Shown: in pieces, positions 1 to 11,848 of the stretch
Layout: every line of letters begins with the position of its first letter
Position numbering within the stretch: position 1 is the first letter of the stretch
Assembly (NCBI GenBank): GCA_034780895.1
Contig: JAUZTB010000069.1
Coordinates: 19,069,804-19,133,716, forward strand
Length of the DNA stretch: 63,913 nt
Direction: 5' to 3'
DNA from: Rhynchobatus australiae
Lineage: Eukaryota
The notes under the pieces: model-generated
The model's database searches: none
Told to the model about the DNA's origin: nothing
What the model saw: only the letters and a program-made list of their open reading frames with translations
Made by a program: the position numbers and the translations under genes

Positions 1-560
1 AGTCTTAATAAAATACAAACCATAGAATTTATTTCCAGAGGTATAGCACTTAAAAGTTATGCTGAATTCTTGTAGGAAACCTTGTTAACATCATTTTGGA
101 GAACGTTCTGGTTAGCATATCATTCAAAGAATATATAGCAGTGAAGATTTACAAGCAAGATATTACCTTTGCTGTTACACTGACAGAAAGGATGAACAAT
201 CTGGGTCTCTTTCCTCTAGAAAATGGAAGGCTGATTTGTGCCTTAATACAGAACCCTGTTATGAAAGGTTTTGATGGAGTTTTCACTTTCCACGGGAGAC
301 CATNNNNNNNNNNACTGGCAAGGCAGAGGACAGGGAATTCATGGAAAAAAAACTTACTTACCAAGAAAATGGTGAGAGTATGAAACTTGCTCCCAAAGGG
401 GATATTGCAATTGAATGATACACATACAGTTATGGGAAAGCTAGATCAGCATATTAGGGCAAGGGGAGTGGAGTTACTCTGGCACAGTTAGATGAGGAGG
501 AAGCTCGAGTGGAGAATAAACACTGGCATGGACTGGTTAGGAGAAAGGACCTAACTGTTT
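1..560 (+). mobile_element. CR1-type LINE 3' fragment (degenerate)
   Basis: Decayed LGLFPLENGRL..LI..MKGFD C-terminal ORF2 motif followed by a CR1-like tail. Confidence 0.7.
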
Positions 561-1451
561 TCTAAGTAATTGTGGAATTCATGTTAACAGTGAAGTTCAG
601 TTCTCAGACTAGGAGTCCCTGTGTAGGGATTTGAGAGACCCCATTGAACTGAAGGGGGTTTAGAGTATCATTGTGAATTGGAAGGGAATTGTGGATGTTG
701 AACAGACAGTGCAAAACAGTGATTGAACTAATTTTGATTGTACTTCGAGCCTGTTTTTCAGGTTTGTATGTTTGAGAAGTTTCACATGGAAGTTTTGCCA
801 AATGGTTGTTATGTACAAATGTCTGTGCTTGAATATGTTTTTGCTTTTAATTTCTAAGCTCATCGTGAAATGACACACCCTTCTCTGGAAAAGGGAAGGC
901 TGACAGGTGACCGAGTGAAGGTCTTTCAAGTTGTGNNNNNNNNNNNNNNNNNNNNNNNNNNNNNNNNNNNNNNNNNNNNNNNNNNNNNNNNNNNNNNNNN
1001 NNNNNNNNNNNNNNNNNNNNNNNNNNNNNNNNNNNNNNNNNNNNNNNNNNNNNNNNNNNNNNNNNNNNNNNNNNNNNNNNNNNNNNNNNNNNNNNNNNNN
1101 NNNNNNNNNNNNNNNNNNNNNNNNNNNNNNNNNNNNNNNNNNNNNNNNNNNNNNNNNNNNNNNNNNNNNNNNNNNNNNNNNNNNNNNNNNNNNNNNNNNN
1201 NNNNNNNNNNNNNNNNNNNNNNNNNNNNNNNNNNNNNNNNNNNNNNNNNNNNNNNNNNNNNNNNNNNNNNNNNNNNNNNNNNNNNNNNNNNNNNNNNNNN
1301 NNNNNNNNNNNNNNNNNNNNNNNNNNNNNNNNNNNNNNNNNNNNNNNNNNNNNNNNNNNNNNNNNNNNNNNNNNNNNNNNNNNNNNNNNNNNNNNNNNNN
1401 NNNNNNNNNNNNNNNNNNNNNNNNNNNNNNNNNNNNNNNNATAGGTACAAG

Positions 1452-1779
1452 TGGCACAGTGGCGCAGCGAGCAGAGATGCTGCCTCACAGCTCCGGTGAC
1501 CCGGGTTCGATCCTGACCCTGGGCACTGTCTGTATGGAGTTTTCATGTTCTCCCTGCAAGTCTGGCTCCTCTGGTTTGCTCTCACATCCCAAAGATGTAC
1601 TGGTTGGCAGGTTAATTGGCCACTGTAAATTGCTCTGGATGTTGAGGTGACTGGTAGAACCTGGGGGGTGGAAGTAGAATAAAATGGGACTAGCATAGGA
1701 TTAGTATAAGTGGGTGAGGGATGGTTGCTGCAGACTCACTGAGCTGAAGAGCCCGTTTCTGTGCTGTATGATCTGTGAC
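1452..1779 (+). mobile_element. tRNA-derived V-domain SINE (HE1-like), near full length
   Basis: Box A-like TGGCGCAGCGAGC and box B GGTTCGATCC; V-core TCTGGTTT..CACATCCCAAAGA; tail GTTTCTGTGCTGTATGA shared with CR1 LINE. Confidence 0.85.
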
Positions 1780-2220
1780 CAACAAAATACTTGTTAAAGG
1801 AAAAATGTCTTATTGCTTTTTTTAGATTCAATTGCCGTGTCCAAAATGGCCGCTGCTTTTGACTGTGTATTGATAGGCACCACACTGCTGATAATCAGAG
1901 TACAGCAACTATTACAGGAGGTTGTTGAGAGGACTGACAAGGTGCTTTGTAGCTTTTAGCTCATTCTCTGCTTATATAACAGGTCCCAGTTGAAGCATTC
2001 TCCTGACCTCGATATTCAGAGAGGCTCTCTATCTGCACCGGCGTCTCCTGGGCTGGGATCAGCTGACTGTCACTGGAATCTGCTCTGCTGCAGACTCAGT
2101 GGCTCATTATTTTTACCAGCTTCTTCTGAGGTCCTGGAAGATATAGGAGACCAGCCCTGACCACCGTACCATTGAAACCAATGCCTGCAATCAATCCCCT
2201 TACTAATCATTATGCACAAC

Positions 2221-2520
2221 TGAAAATGCTGGAAAAACTCAGCTGGTCAGGCAGCATCTGTGGAAAGAGGAACAGGTAACTTATAAAGTCCGGGATCCTT
2301 CATCAGTAATGCACCAGCTCTCAGACTCATCCTCATAACTCCCTCTGGACCATGACCCCACCATTGAACGTCAGTCTACTGTCTCCAACATAGTCGCAGA
2401 CTTCTGATGAGGGTCCCAGACCTGAAGGGTTAACAACTTCTCCTTCCAAGGATGCTGCCTGACCTGTGTTAACCTGCGTTTGCTACCGTAATTCAAGTTT
2501 CCAGCATATACAACTTCTTT
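2221..2520. mobile_element. Penelope-like-element-derived fold-back element with hammerhead-like cores
   Basis: Inverted arms (TGCTGGAAA.ACTCAGC.GGTCAGGCAGCATC). CTGATGA cores on both strands. The spacer translates HQLSDSSS*LPLDHDPTIERQ, resembling the PLE RT N-terminal region. Confidence 0.7.
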
Positions 2521-2837
2521 GATTTTCATGGGCTAAATCATGATGGGGGACATCTTGTGTGCCTTTTTATATTTAAAGGATTTAACCTTCTGTGTTAAAC
2601 TGCAAGCAAAGTAAACATGATTATTTGAAGCAACATGGCACAAAAATGGGTTGTAGATTGAAGGTGTTAATTTTATAGCACTTCAGTCCCCTTCAGAACA
2701 CCCCAAAGTGCTTTACAACTAACAAGGAAGTTCATGAGGTGCAGTCACTGTTGTAATGTAGTAAATGTGGCAAGTAACTTACTCACAGCTAGACAGCCAA
2801 GCAGCAATCAGATAAATGGCCAGGTCTCTGGTTTTAA

Positions 2838-2968
2838 TGAAATAAAAACAGAGAATGCTGGAAACCCTCAGCAGGTGAGACAATGACCTGAAATGTTAAC
2901 TCTGTTTCTCTTTCCACAGATGCTGCCTGACCTGCTGAGTGTTTCCAGCATTTTCTGGTTTTATTTCA
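2838..2968. mobile_element. Short fold-back copy of the same PLE-derived family
   Basis: 39-nt inverted arms, 36/39 complementary. Confidence 0.8.
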
Positions 2969-3039
2969 GATTTTTTGACTTTCGTCTCCAGTGCCAGTGA
3001 TCCTGGTTGAAGATAAACATAGGCCGGGACACCCGACAT

Positions 3040-3629
3040 GGGATGTAGACAAGATTCACAAGGATGTTGCTGGGAGTGGAGGGCCTGAGTTATAAAGAGT
3101 GGCTGGATGGTTGNNNNNNNNNNNNNNNNNNNNNNNNNNNNNNNNNNNNNNNNNNNNNNNNNNNNNNNNNNNNNNNNNNNNNNNNNNNNNNNNNNNNNNN
3201 NNNNNNNNNNNNNAGAGGCTGGATGGTTGGGTCTGTTTTCCCTGGAGTGTAGGAGGCTGAGAGGTGATCTTCTAGACATATATAAAATCATGAGGGGCAT
3301 AGATAAGGTGAATGGTCACAGCCTTTTCCCCAGAGTAGGGGAGTCTAAAACTAGAGAGCATGGGCTTAAGGTGAGAGGGAAAAGTTTAGAGGGGCACAGA
3401 GGGGTAATGTTTTCACATGAAGAATAGAGGGTGTATGGAACAAGCTGAAGACGGAAGCTGTAGAGGCAGGTAAAATTACGTTTAAAAGACATTAAGACGT
3501 ACTTGAATAGGAAGGATTGAGAGGGATATGGGCCAAACGCAGGCCAATGGGATGAGATCAGGTAGGTACGTTGGTGGGCGTGGATGATTTGGGCCAAAGG
3601 GCCGGTTTCTGTGCTATATAACTAGATGA
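3040..3629 (+). mobile_element. CR1 LINE (HER1-like) 3' end
   Basis: ORF2 C-terminus LGLFSLECRRLRGDLLDIYKIMRGIDKV...LFPRVGESKTR, plus tail GGGCCAAAGGGCCGGTTTCTGTGCT. Confidence 0.9.
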
Positions 3630-3814
3630 CTCCAGGACAAGTTGCTGTCTCTTCAAAATAGTAACCTGTGATGTTTTATATCCACCTGAGAGGATGCTAA
3701 ATGTCCCATGGCAATGATGGCATTTCTGATGGTGCCCCACTCTCTCAGCTTTCCCAGGGAGTTTCAGTCTGGATTTTACACAAGGTTCTTGTGCAAGTCC
3801 CTTGTACAAATACT

Positions 3815-4018
3815 AATGGAGCTGCTGCCTCACTGTGCCAGAGATCCAGGTTAGATCCTGACCTCAGGTGCTCCCTGTGGGTAGGCCACGATAAGAATGT
3901 GAGGAGAATAAAATAATGGCATTGATATAGGACATGTGTAAACAGATGTTTGATGGTCGGCACAGACTCAGTGGATTGTAGGGCCTGCTTCTGTCCTGTA
4001 CACCTCTATGATTCTCTC
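3815..4018 (+). mobile_element. Internally deleted HE1-like SINE
   Basis: Head GCTGCCTCAC..CCAGGTTAGATCCTGACCTC and tail match 1452-1779. Confidence 0.75.
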
Positions 4019-4229
4019 GAGTGCCGCATGACTCAGAGCTCAGACTGTGATTAGGAGTGAGATGAGGAGTTTCTTTGAAGGTCTTTCCCTGCTGAATAAA
4101 AGACAAAAGGCACCTCAGCAGAAAAGCCCTCCAGCTCACTGATGGCAGGAGAAGGCACCAGCTCCTTCCAAGAGCTCCAGGGCACAGTCCAAGGTCCAGC
4201 TGAGGTACAAGTCAATATTAAGACTAGTG

Positions 4230-4660
4230 GTGAATATGTGTGCTCAGGATCACTAGAATGATAATTGGGGTAAATTATGTGGATGTTCTGCATTGACCAG
4301 GCTAGTGTTTCTTTGAGTTTAGGTGCCCAAGGAGTGATGGAACTGAAGTGTTTAAAATGATTGAGGGACTTGTTAGGATACATACAGATAGACCGTTGGA
4401 AAGTCCAGAACAAGGGCGAAGAGCAGAATTACAGCTGGGCCACACAGGTTCACCGTCATTAAGTAGGGCAACCTGGAAGCCTCCCCTACCAGGAGAGTGG
4501 GGGATTAATTTCTTTCTTGTTATTAGAGGAGTTTGCTTTGNNNNNNNNNNAAGATTTAAAGGTGAGGAAATAGGGAACCAAGACTGGGGCTGGAGATCAT
4601 CCATTGTCCGACTGGATGGTGCCACGGCTCAGATGGGCTGAGTGGCCTCTTCCTTCTCCA
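4230..4660 (+). mobile_element. Degenerate CR1 LINE 3' fragment
   Basis: VFKMIEG-type motif and ATGGGCTGAGTGGCCTCTT tail. Confidence 0.6.
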
Positions 4661-5204
4661 CTCTTCCCTGCCTGCCCAAACAGCTCCCTTTCAATTTCCT
4701 CAGCAGCACACACCGCAGGACTGCAAAACAAACATTATCCTTCCATCTGCCTTGTTGTGCTTTTGCAATCTGTCCTGCATTCCCTGCGGAGTTTTCCCTG
4801 CACGGATTTGTGTGTTAATCTGGAGATGGAGGAAGGGTCCGGTGTTTTCAGCTGGTCGCAGTCAGACCACCCCCCACTTCATGCCTCTACAAGAAAGATT
4901 AAAATCTAACACAGCGCCACAGTTGCTATGGTTACCACCCTCCTCAATTACATCTCCCTTCTCGGGAAACCTGATGTCAAATTAATTCATCTTTATCCCT
5001 CCACCTCAGGGTGGGGACAAATTCTGGGAGGTAAAAGAAACCAGAAGATTATTAATATTTAATGGAAAATTAGCTTAGATTCACAAGGGATCAGCCAGCA
5101 GACAGATGTCTGACTTACTATTAACTCATTGCTGCAATCGCTCTAAACATACCATGAGGGCAGAGGATCCTGTTCCTCAGTGAGTGTCAGTGCCCACAGA
5201 ATCT

Positions 5205-5415
5205 CTCCTCCAGTGAGGGTCACTGTGTGGGGGACCCGTCCCTGCGAGGGTCAGTGTGTGTGGGACCCGTCCCCCAGTGAGGGTTGGTGTGTGTGGGACC
5301 CATCCCCCAGTGAGGGTTTGAGTGGGAGTGTGAGAGAGGGAGAGGGAGAGGGAGAGAGAGAGAGACCCATCCCCCAGTGAGGGTCAGTGTGTATGGAAGC
5401 CATTTCCCAATGAGA
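5205..5415. repeat. 33-bp minisatellite (CCCGTCCCCCAGTGAGGGTCAGTGTGTGTGGGA)
   Basis: Visible tandem copies; reverse orientation of the 18808-19170 array. Confidence 0.9.
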
Positions 5416-8400
5416 ACCAGTGCCCAATGAACATGAACCCCACCAGGATTCCTCTGTGCTAATGTAGTTGCGACCTACACCTCAGTAGGAATAAGTGTCC
5501 CTGGAACATGTACATGAGTGTGTGTCAGTATCTGTAGATTTGGGATATTGGAAGTGGGTGGTCACTGTCTTTTCAAAGTGCTTCACCATTCCTGATGGCT
5601 TTCAGACAGATCACCAAGTGCTGGACTTTGATTGGGTGGATTGTTAGCCATCTGCAGGGGCCAGATAACGTCAAGAAGAAGACACTAGACAGGGGGTGAT
5701 GGCAGAAAACTTGGCTGATTACCCCTCATCCCAAAGGATTTCAGATGATATAGAGGTCAATTGCCTCTATCCTATCTGAGAAAGCTACACGTGGACCATG
5801 CAGGCAAGCAACCTTGAAGCTCTGTGAAGATCAGAGCTGATGTAGTTAAATGTCATCAAATGCTTTCCAGGGAAGTGAAAGCTTTAAATTGACTGGGTTT
5901 TGGGGTGGGTCAGAGCAGAGGTGAAACTGCTCCTCACCTGATCTACAAAATGGGTTTGCAGTGAATCACATATCATCTTACACCACCATCCATTATCTTG
6001 AGCTGAGGAAGTCAGTAATTTGCCCTAGCCAACCCCACCACTTCACACGGTCTCCCTGGATGACCAGAACTAGGAGAGCGCAGAGATCGCTGAGGATGGA
6101 TGGGCCAGAGGAGATCATGGAGACGAGAAGGGATGAGGTCATGACGGGATTTGAAAATAAGGATGCAGACTGCAACATCAGAGGCTGTTTGAGTTTGTTT
6201 TGACAGGGGGGGTCCTGTAATGTCTCCTGAGACATTCTTCCACATTTCATGAGTGGTATTGATACACCTGTGAACAACACAGTGTGTCACAGCATCCCTG
6301 TCCCCATCTTTCAAACTCTTAGCAATGTAGGAGCAACTTAAAATTCATCACCTCCTCTGTACTAATAACCAGAAGCCAATGTGAGCAAAGATGTGGGTAA
6401 GGGTGTAGGTGGCAAACTGCTTGGCTCCTGATACTTCCTCTGAATCTCTTCATCTGTGAAATGTTAGACTGGGGACTCTTGGCTTTGCTTCCTGCTCTAC
6501 TAATCTTCCCTCAAATTTCTCAACCCCTCACTCTTCCAGTAAACAGGACCATAAACAACACAATCTTGCTCATTTCCTAATCACTCCTATGCTTCCCACG
6601 GCTCTCCCTGGTCTTCCCAGTTTTGTTGTTGATTTAAATTGTATACCTGGGCTTCACAGCTGAAAGGGAGAGAGCTAGGACGTTAAGAGTCTTCTCCAGA
6701 AACACCAGTTTCACTGCCGCAAACTTGGAATGAGTTCCTGAGCAGTCCAGGACTTGGTGATTAGCCCTCTCTGTTGGACTGGAAGGATGTGCCAATCATT
6801 GCTCATTGGACCAGAATCAACACAGCACTACTCCATGGCCATATGCGCTACTGCAATGCCACAAACAACTTATCTGTAAGCAAGTCAGGTACAATGCAGT
6901 TTCCATGGGAACATCTCTCACCTTTGTTTAGGAAGATTATAGCAATAGCAACTTGCGTTTACCTTGCACTGTGAGTGTAGTTAAATGTCCCAAGGTGCTT
7001 CACCAAAAGCAAAAGGTGGACATTGAGCCAAGAAAGAGACTTAATGCTTGGCCGAGGTGTTTCCTTATGCTCTGCTGATCAGGCTGTAGGACTGGAGTAT
7101 GGTGCAAGGTCACAGCCCAAGGTGCTTGAGGTCATAACCGTCCAATGATGTTAGCTGTTTGTAGAAATGTTATCAGAACAGCCCAGATGATGATTTATAT
7201 GCCGTTCCTAGCATCTTCAAAGGCAGGGACAGGGATGTGACACATTGCCTGTACCTACACATTCACTGGGCCCCATATCACCCATTAAGTGTAATGGAAT
7301 GTCTCCCAGGACATCTCAGAACCCCCGTCAAAAAGAAAATCACACGGGCTCTGAGCCAAAGGAGGGAGTTCACGGAGGAAACTGTAAAGGGTCCAGGTAG
7401 CCGAGTGTTGAGGCCAGGGAGGGTCAGTGGGTTAGGGAGCTGAAGGGAAACTATCTGTATCCTGATTTTCTGTGATATGATCCATCGTTAAAAATTGACA
7501 AAATCTGTTTCTTTTGCATTTTGTATTTAGTTATTTTTTCTCACATAAATTCTTATTTTTATTTTGCTTCTCAAATTTTTTGTTGGTGATTTGAGGGTGA
7601 ATTTACTGCTGGGGATACACTCCAAAAGGAGTTGCTGCACTGAAAACCAGTCTCTCTCCCCAAAGGCAGTACATCGGGGTGGAGGCTGTTTTGCTTCCAC
7701 TCCTTTTCCTGTGGGATGTGAGGTGTATGATGAGGACCTGCAGATTCTGGCATAAGGGGGTCAGGTGTTTACCTGTCGTGGTGGATGGGTGTGGGAGGGG
7801 GAGAAGTGGGGGGAGTCTGGGAGGTGTGTGTCCTTCTGCTGTTTATGCTGGGTTTCTTCACAGATTCAAGCTTCGCAAGGACATCCCAGACAGCTCACCT
7901 CCACTTGGTGCTGGGTCACGGGCCAGAGATTTTCATGAGTTAGTGGGGACATTGCACCAATCAAAGAGGATTTGCAAACATTGTTGCAGCATTTCCTCTG
8001 TTACCCCGGCTGATCCCTGGCTGTGACTGCAGAGTGCCTGTCTCAGGGGTCTGGTGTCAGCTGCACGAGTATCGTGGTCTGCCCATCAGAGCCAATGGAG
8101 TGCAGTCAGAGCCTCAGTGCTAAGGACACTGGACTGAGAGAGAAGGTCCACAACCCCCAGTACATCTGGAAAACTTTGCATTAACACTATGGTGGTATCT
8201 CCACAGTGGTTTGAGTTGTCTTCTGAAGGTTGTTCATGCCTCAGAAGCATTTGGGAGGCAGGGATCACTGCTGTCTGGTGGACCATGAGCACTCTGCCGC
8301 GTTTGCAGTTTTGATCTTCAAACACTATACATGGTAATGATAATTACAATAAATACAGCACTGAGCACAGAAACTGAAAGAAGAGTCGTGCAAACTGAAG

Positions 8401-8699
8401 TCGTGCAAAAAGAAATGTTACAGTGACAATAATGGGAGAGGTAGAAGTTAAAGGCTTGAGAACGTAGCAGCACCACCAGGAGGGGGATGTGAATTAGCAG
8501 ACATTACACGCAGGGCCCATTCTCAATAACTTGGACCTTGGCCTCCGAACACATGCACACGCAAGGGTCCGCCGCACACTGCAGCTTGGTGGCTGCAGAT
8601 GGAGTGACCTCGATTCTGGCGGGGAGATGGACAGCTTCCAACACCTTCTCTGGATTAGCTCCACGTCAGAGGGAAGCGTGTTGGAGGTGAGGGGAAGCC

Positions 8700-9200
8700 A
8701 GAGTGAAGTGACGGAGAATGGGAGAGTCAGGATGTAGGCAGCAAAACTTTAAATGAGCACATGTTTAAGCAGGGTGTGTGGAGGGATTCCAGCTCAAAGT
8801 CTCAGAGTACCAGAGTCTAGAAGCAGCGTAGATTAGGATGATGGTCTCCGTAATAGATAAACTGAGACTGTGGCAGGGACAGGAGATAATAGAGGTGGAA
8901 GCAAGGGGTCTTGGTGATGGCACAGTTATAGGGTCAGAGGATCAAAGAGGAAACTAAGGATTTGTTCAGCCTGAGGCAGGGATCAGGCACAAAGGCAACA
9001 GCTTCTGACTTCCCAATACTTAACCAGAGGAAACTTCCAGTTCTGGATTCTGAATAAACAGTGTGACCAGAGGCTGAGAGCTCAGTGTCAATGCAGCCAG
9101 GGCACCTGATGCGTTTGGGTAATGTTACAGAGCGGGGGAGAGGTAGCTTCTTGATGGGAAGAGGAGGACAAGGAAGGATCCTTTGGGAAACATGAGAGGT
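8700..9200 (-). mobile_element. L2-clade LINE RT fragment
   Basis: Minus-strand frame SFLWLSIGKSEAV resembles the L2 RT motif NFLQLN..KTE. Confidence 0.6.
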
Positions 9201-9599
9201 TGGGATCCGAGTCCTGGCTTCATTCTGCCCCATTCCTTCTATCTGCTTGCTTACAAACGGTTAAATCTCCAACGTCCATCCTTCTGATGAAAGGTCACTG
9301 CAACGCACATCAGCTTTTATTTTTTGCTGAGCACTGCCAGCAGTTCCTGTCTTTATTTCAGATTTCCAGCATTTCATCTCCTGATTTCATTTAAAAGATT
9401 TTCTCCCCCCCTTACTATCCATGCAGTGTATAACAATTGTATTCTCTCTACCCCAGTGGTTATACAGATGTTTCCCTCTCTCTTATTGATTGTATAATTT
9501 GCTGAAATCCAATAGTACTGCAAACTGTGTACAGGAATCAATAATAAAGTCTATTCCCTTTACCAGGTTTCGCAGTTCCACGGTTTTATTTGCATTCTA

Positions 9600-9766
9600 A
9601 TCTGGGGCTTAGTGCATAACACTCATGCTTCTGTGTCAAAAGGCCACAGATTTAAGAACAAATCCAGAGGCTTGAGCACAATGTTGATGCGCTTGGTACA
9701 ATACCAAGGGTATGCTGCATTTTCAGAGGCGTGCCTTCCAGCTGAGATCTTAAACTGAAGTCCTGC
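9600..9766 (+). mobile_element. Deu-domain SINE 5' fragment
   Basis: Similar to the other Deu-SINE copies (GCTGCATTTTCAGAGG..CCTTCCAGCTGAGATCTTAAACTGAAG). Confidence 0.5.
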
Positions 9767-11842
9767 NNNNNNNNNNNNNNNNNNNNNNNNNNNNNNNNNN
9801 NNNNNNNNNNNNNNNNNNNNNNNNNNNNNNNNNNNNNNNNNNNNNNNNNNNNNNNNNNNNNNNNNNNNNNNNNNNNNNNNNNNNNNNNNNNNNNNNNNNN
9901 NNNNNNNNNNNNNNNNNNNNNNNNNNNNNNNNNNNNNNNNNNNNNNNNNNNNNNNNNNNNNNNNNNNNNNNNNNNNNNNNNNNNNNNNNNNNNNNNNNNN
10001 NNNNNNNNNNNNNNNNNNNNNNNNNNNNNNNNNNNNNNNNNNNNNNNNNNNNNNNNNNNNNNNNNNNNNNNNNNNNNNNNNNNNNNNNNNNNNNNNNNNN
10101 NNNNNNNNNNNNNNNNNNNNNNNNNNNNNNNNNNNNNNNNNNNNNNNNNNNNNNNNNNNNNNNNNNNNNNNNNNNNNNNNNNNNNNNNNNNNNNNNNNNN
10201 NNNNNNNNNNNNNNNNNNNNNNNNNNNNNNNNNNNNNNNNNNNNNNNNNNNNNNNNNNNNNNNNNNNNNNNNNNNNNNNNNNNNNNNNNNNNNNNNNNNN
10301 NNNNNNNNNNNNNNNNNNNNNNNNNNNNNNNNNNNNNNNNNNNNNNNNNNNNNNNNNNNNNNNNNNNNNNNNNNNNNNNNNNNNNNNNNNNNNNNNNNNN
10401 NNNNNNNNNNNNNNNNNNNNNNNNNNNNNNNNNNNNGATGAGTCTGCTTCTTTCAGTATCTGAGACACATCGGGGAAGAGGAGGCAGAAATATATTTAAT
10501 TAACTTCACCAAGCAACTAGAGGATGTGTTGAAGATAAGCAAGAATGTAGTTTCACGTTTTACTCAATCCTCTATGTGGTCCACAGCCAACCTATGGAGG
10601 AAGAGCAGAATGAAGCAATTTACCCCAGTGACAGAGGGTGTTTCCATTGCCAGACAAGCAGATTACCCAGTGGTGGCGAGGAGGGAAGAATAATACATGT
10701 ATACAGTCAAAAGAACTTTATAGTCTGTTTCTGAGGCAGTGTTTGCAGAGGTGTGTGGATCACATGAGCATGGTTCCTGATGAACGCAGGAATTAGTGTG
10801 GATCAGAAGGGAGTTATATAGATGACAAGCTGTCACAGAGTCAAGCTAGAGGGATGCATGGTCAGAGTGCCAGGAGGTCACAGAAGCCCCACAAGCTGAA
10901 AAACCTGGCAGGAGATCACACACAAACCAGCTGCGAGGCTGAGGCTATGACTGGTGAAGGGGAGGAGGTACTTTTCAACATGGAAGAGCAGATCTTCCAT
11001 TGTTTACACCTGCAACTTTAGGAGAGTTNNNNNNNNNNNNNNNNNNNNNNNNNNNNNNNNNNNNNNNNNTCCATCACGTGGATGCTCAGCACACCCTGAT
11101 GTGGCTCCATAATGTGCACTTGTTTCACTAACGGTAATACAAAGTTATGGGTCCGTTGTCTGCTGAGTAATTCAGTATGTTGAAGACAAGAACACTACAG
11201 CACAGACTATGATCAATACATCACGGTCTCCGATCAAATACTTTAATCACCTTAAATACTTTAAGAACATCCTTTAATCTTCTATATTCAAGGGAATAAA
11301 AGGTGTAATCTGTTACCTAATGACTCTCTCTGGTGAATCTCTGCCTCACTTGCTAACCAATAACTTTCTGCTCCCGTCCATACTACTCAGTCTCCTTCAG
11401 AAAAATGCAAGATTTCTATTCACGGCATTGCTGGGAGATCAGTCCCTGGGTTGGTTGGTAGGTCACACCATTGGACTCATCCTACCAATATGAATACTTG
11501 CCTTGCGTCCCTACTCTTGGCTTTCTGCCTCCAAATCAATTCCGGCCAACAGATTACTTCTCATTCCACACCCTCTTATTTTGGCTAATAGTCTCTTACG
11601 GGGAACCTTGCCAAATGCTTTTTGGTGGTCCATGTGAATAACTGTTTCTCTACCATGTTAGTTACCTTTACAAAAGAAAACATCAACTATGTCCATCAGA
11701 CATGACTTACCCTTTAGACATCCGTGGGTTCTCTGTGACCAGCTGAAACTTGACCAAATGAACATACTCTCCCTAATAACAGATTCTGGAAACTTCTGGT
11801 GCTGTGAATGGATAGGACAGGATTCTTAGTTTCATGAACAGG

Positions 11843-11848
11843 TTTATT
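11843..11848 (-). terminator. Polyadenylation signal AATAAA
   Basis: Plus-strand TTTATT at the end of a U-rich UTR segment. Confidence 0.65.

Larger units (their letters stand above)
2670..4045 (-). mobile_element. Old Deu-domain SINE (SacSINE1-like) fragmented by younger insertions
   Basis: Collinear pieces at ~2670-2835, ~3000-3033, ~3631-3805 and ~4020-4045. Confidence 0.6.

Noticed and set aside
1452-1525. tRNA gene (A/B boxes)
   Set aside because: It is the head of a tRNA-derived SINE and continues into the V-domain and LINE-like tail
7440-9560. Possible 3' end of a convergent plus-strand gene (AATAAA near 8348 and 9543, U-rich tracts)
   Set aside because: No coding exon or recognisable protein was found upstream, and these hexamers are expected by chance in AT-rich DNA
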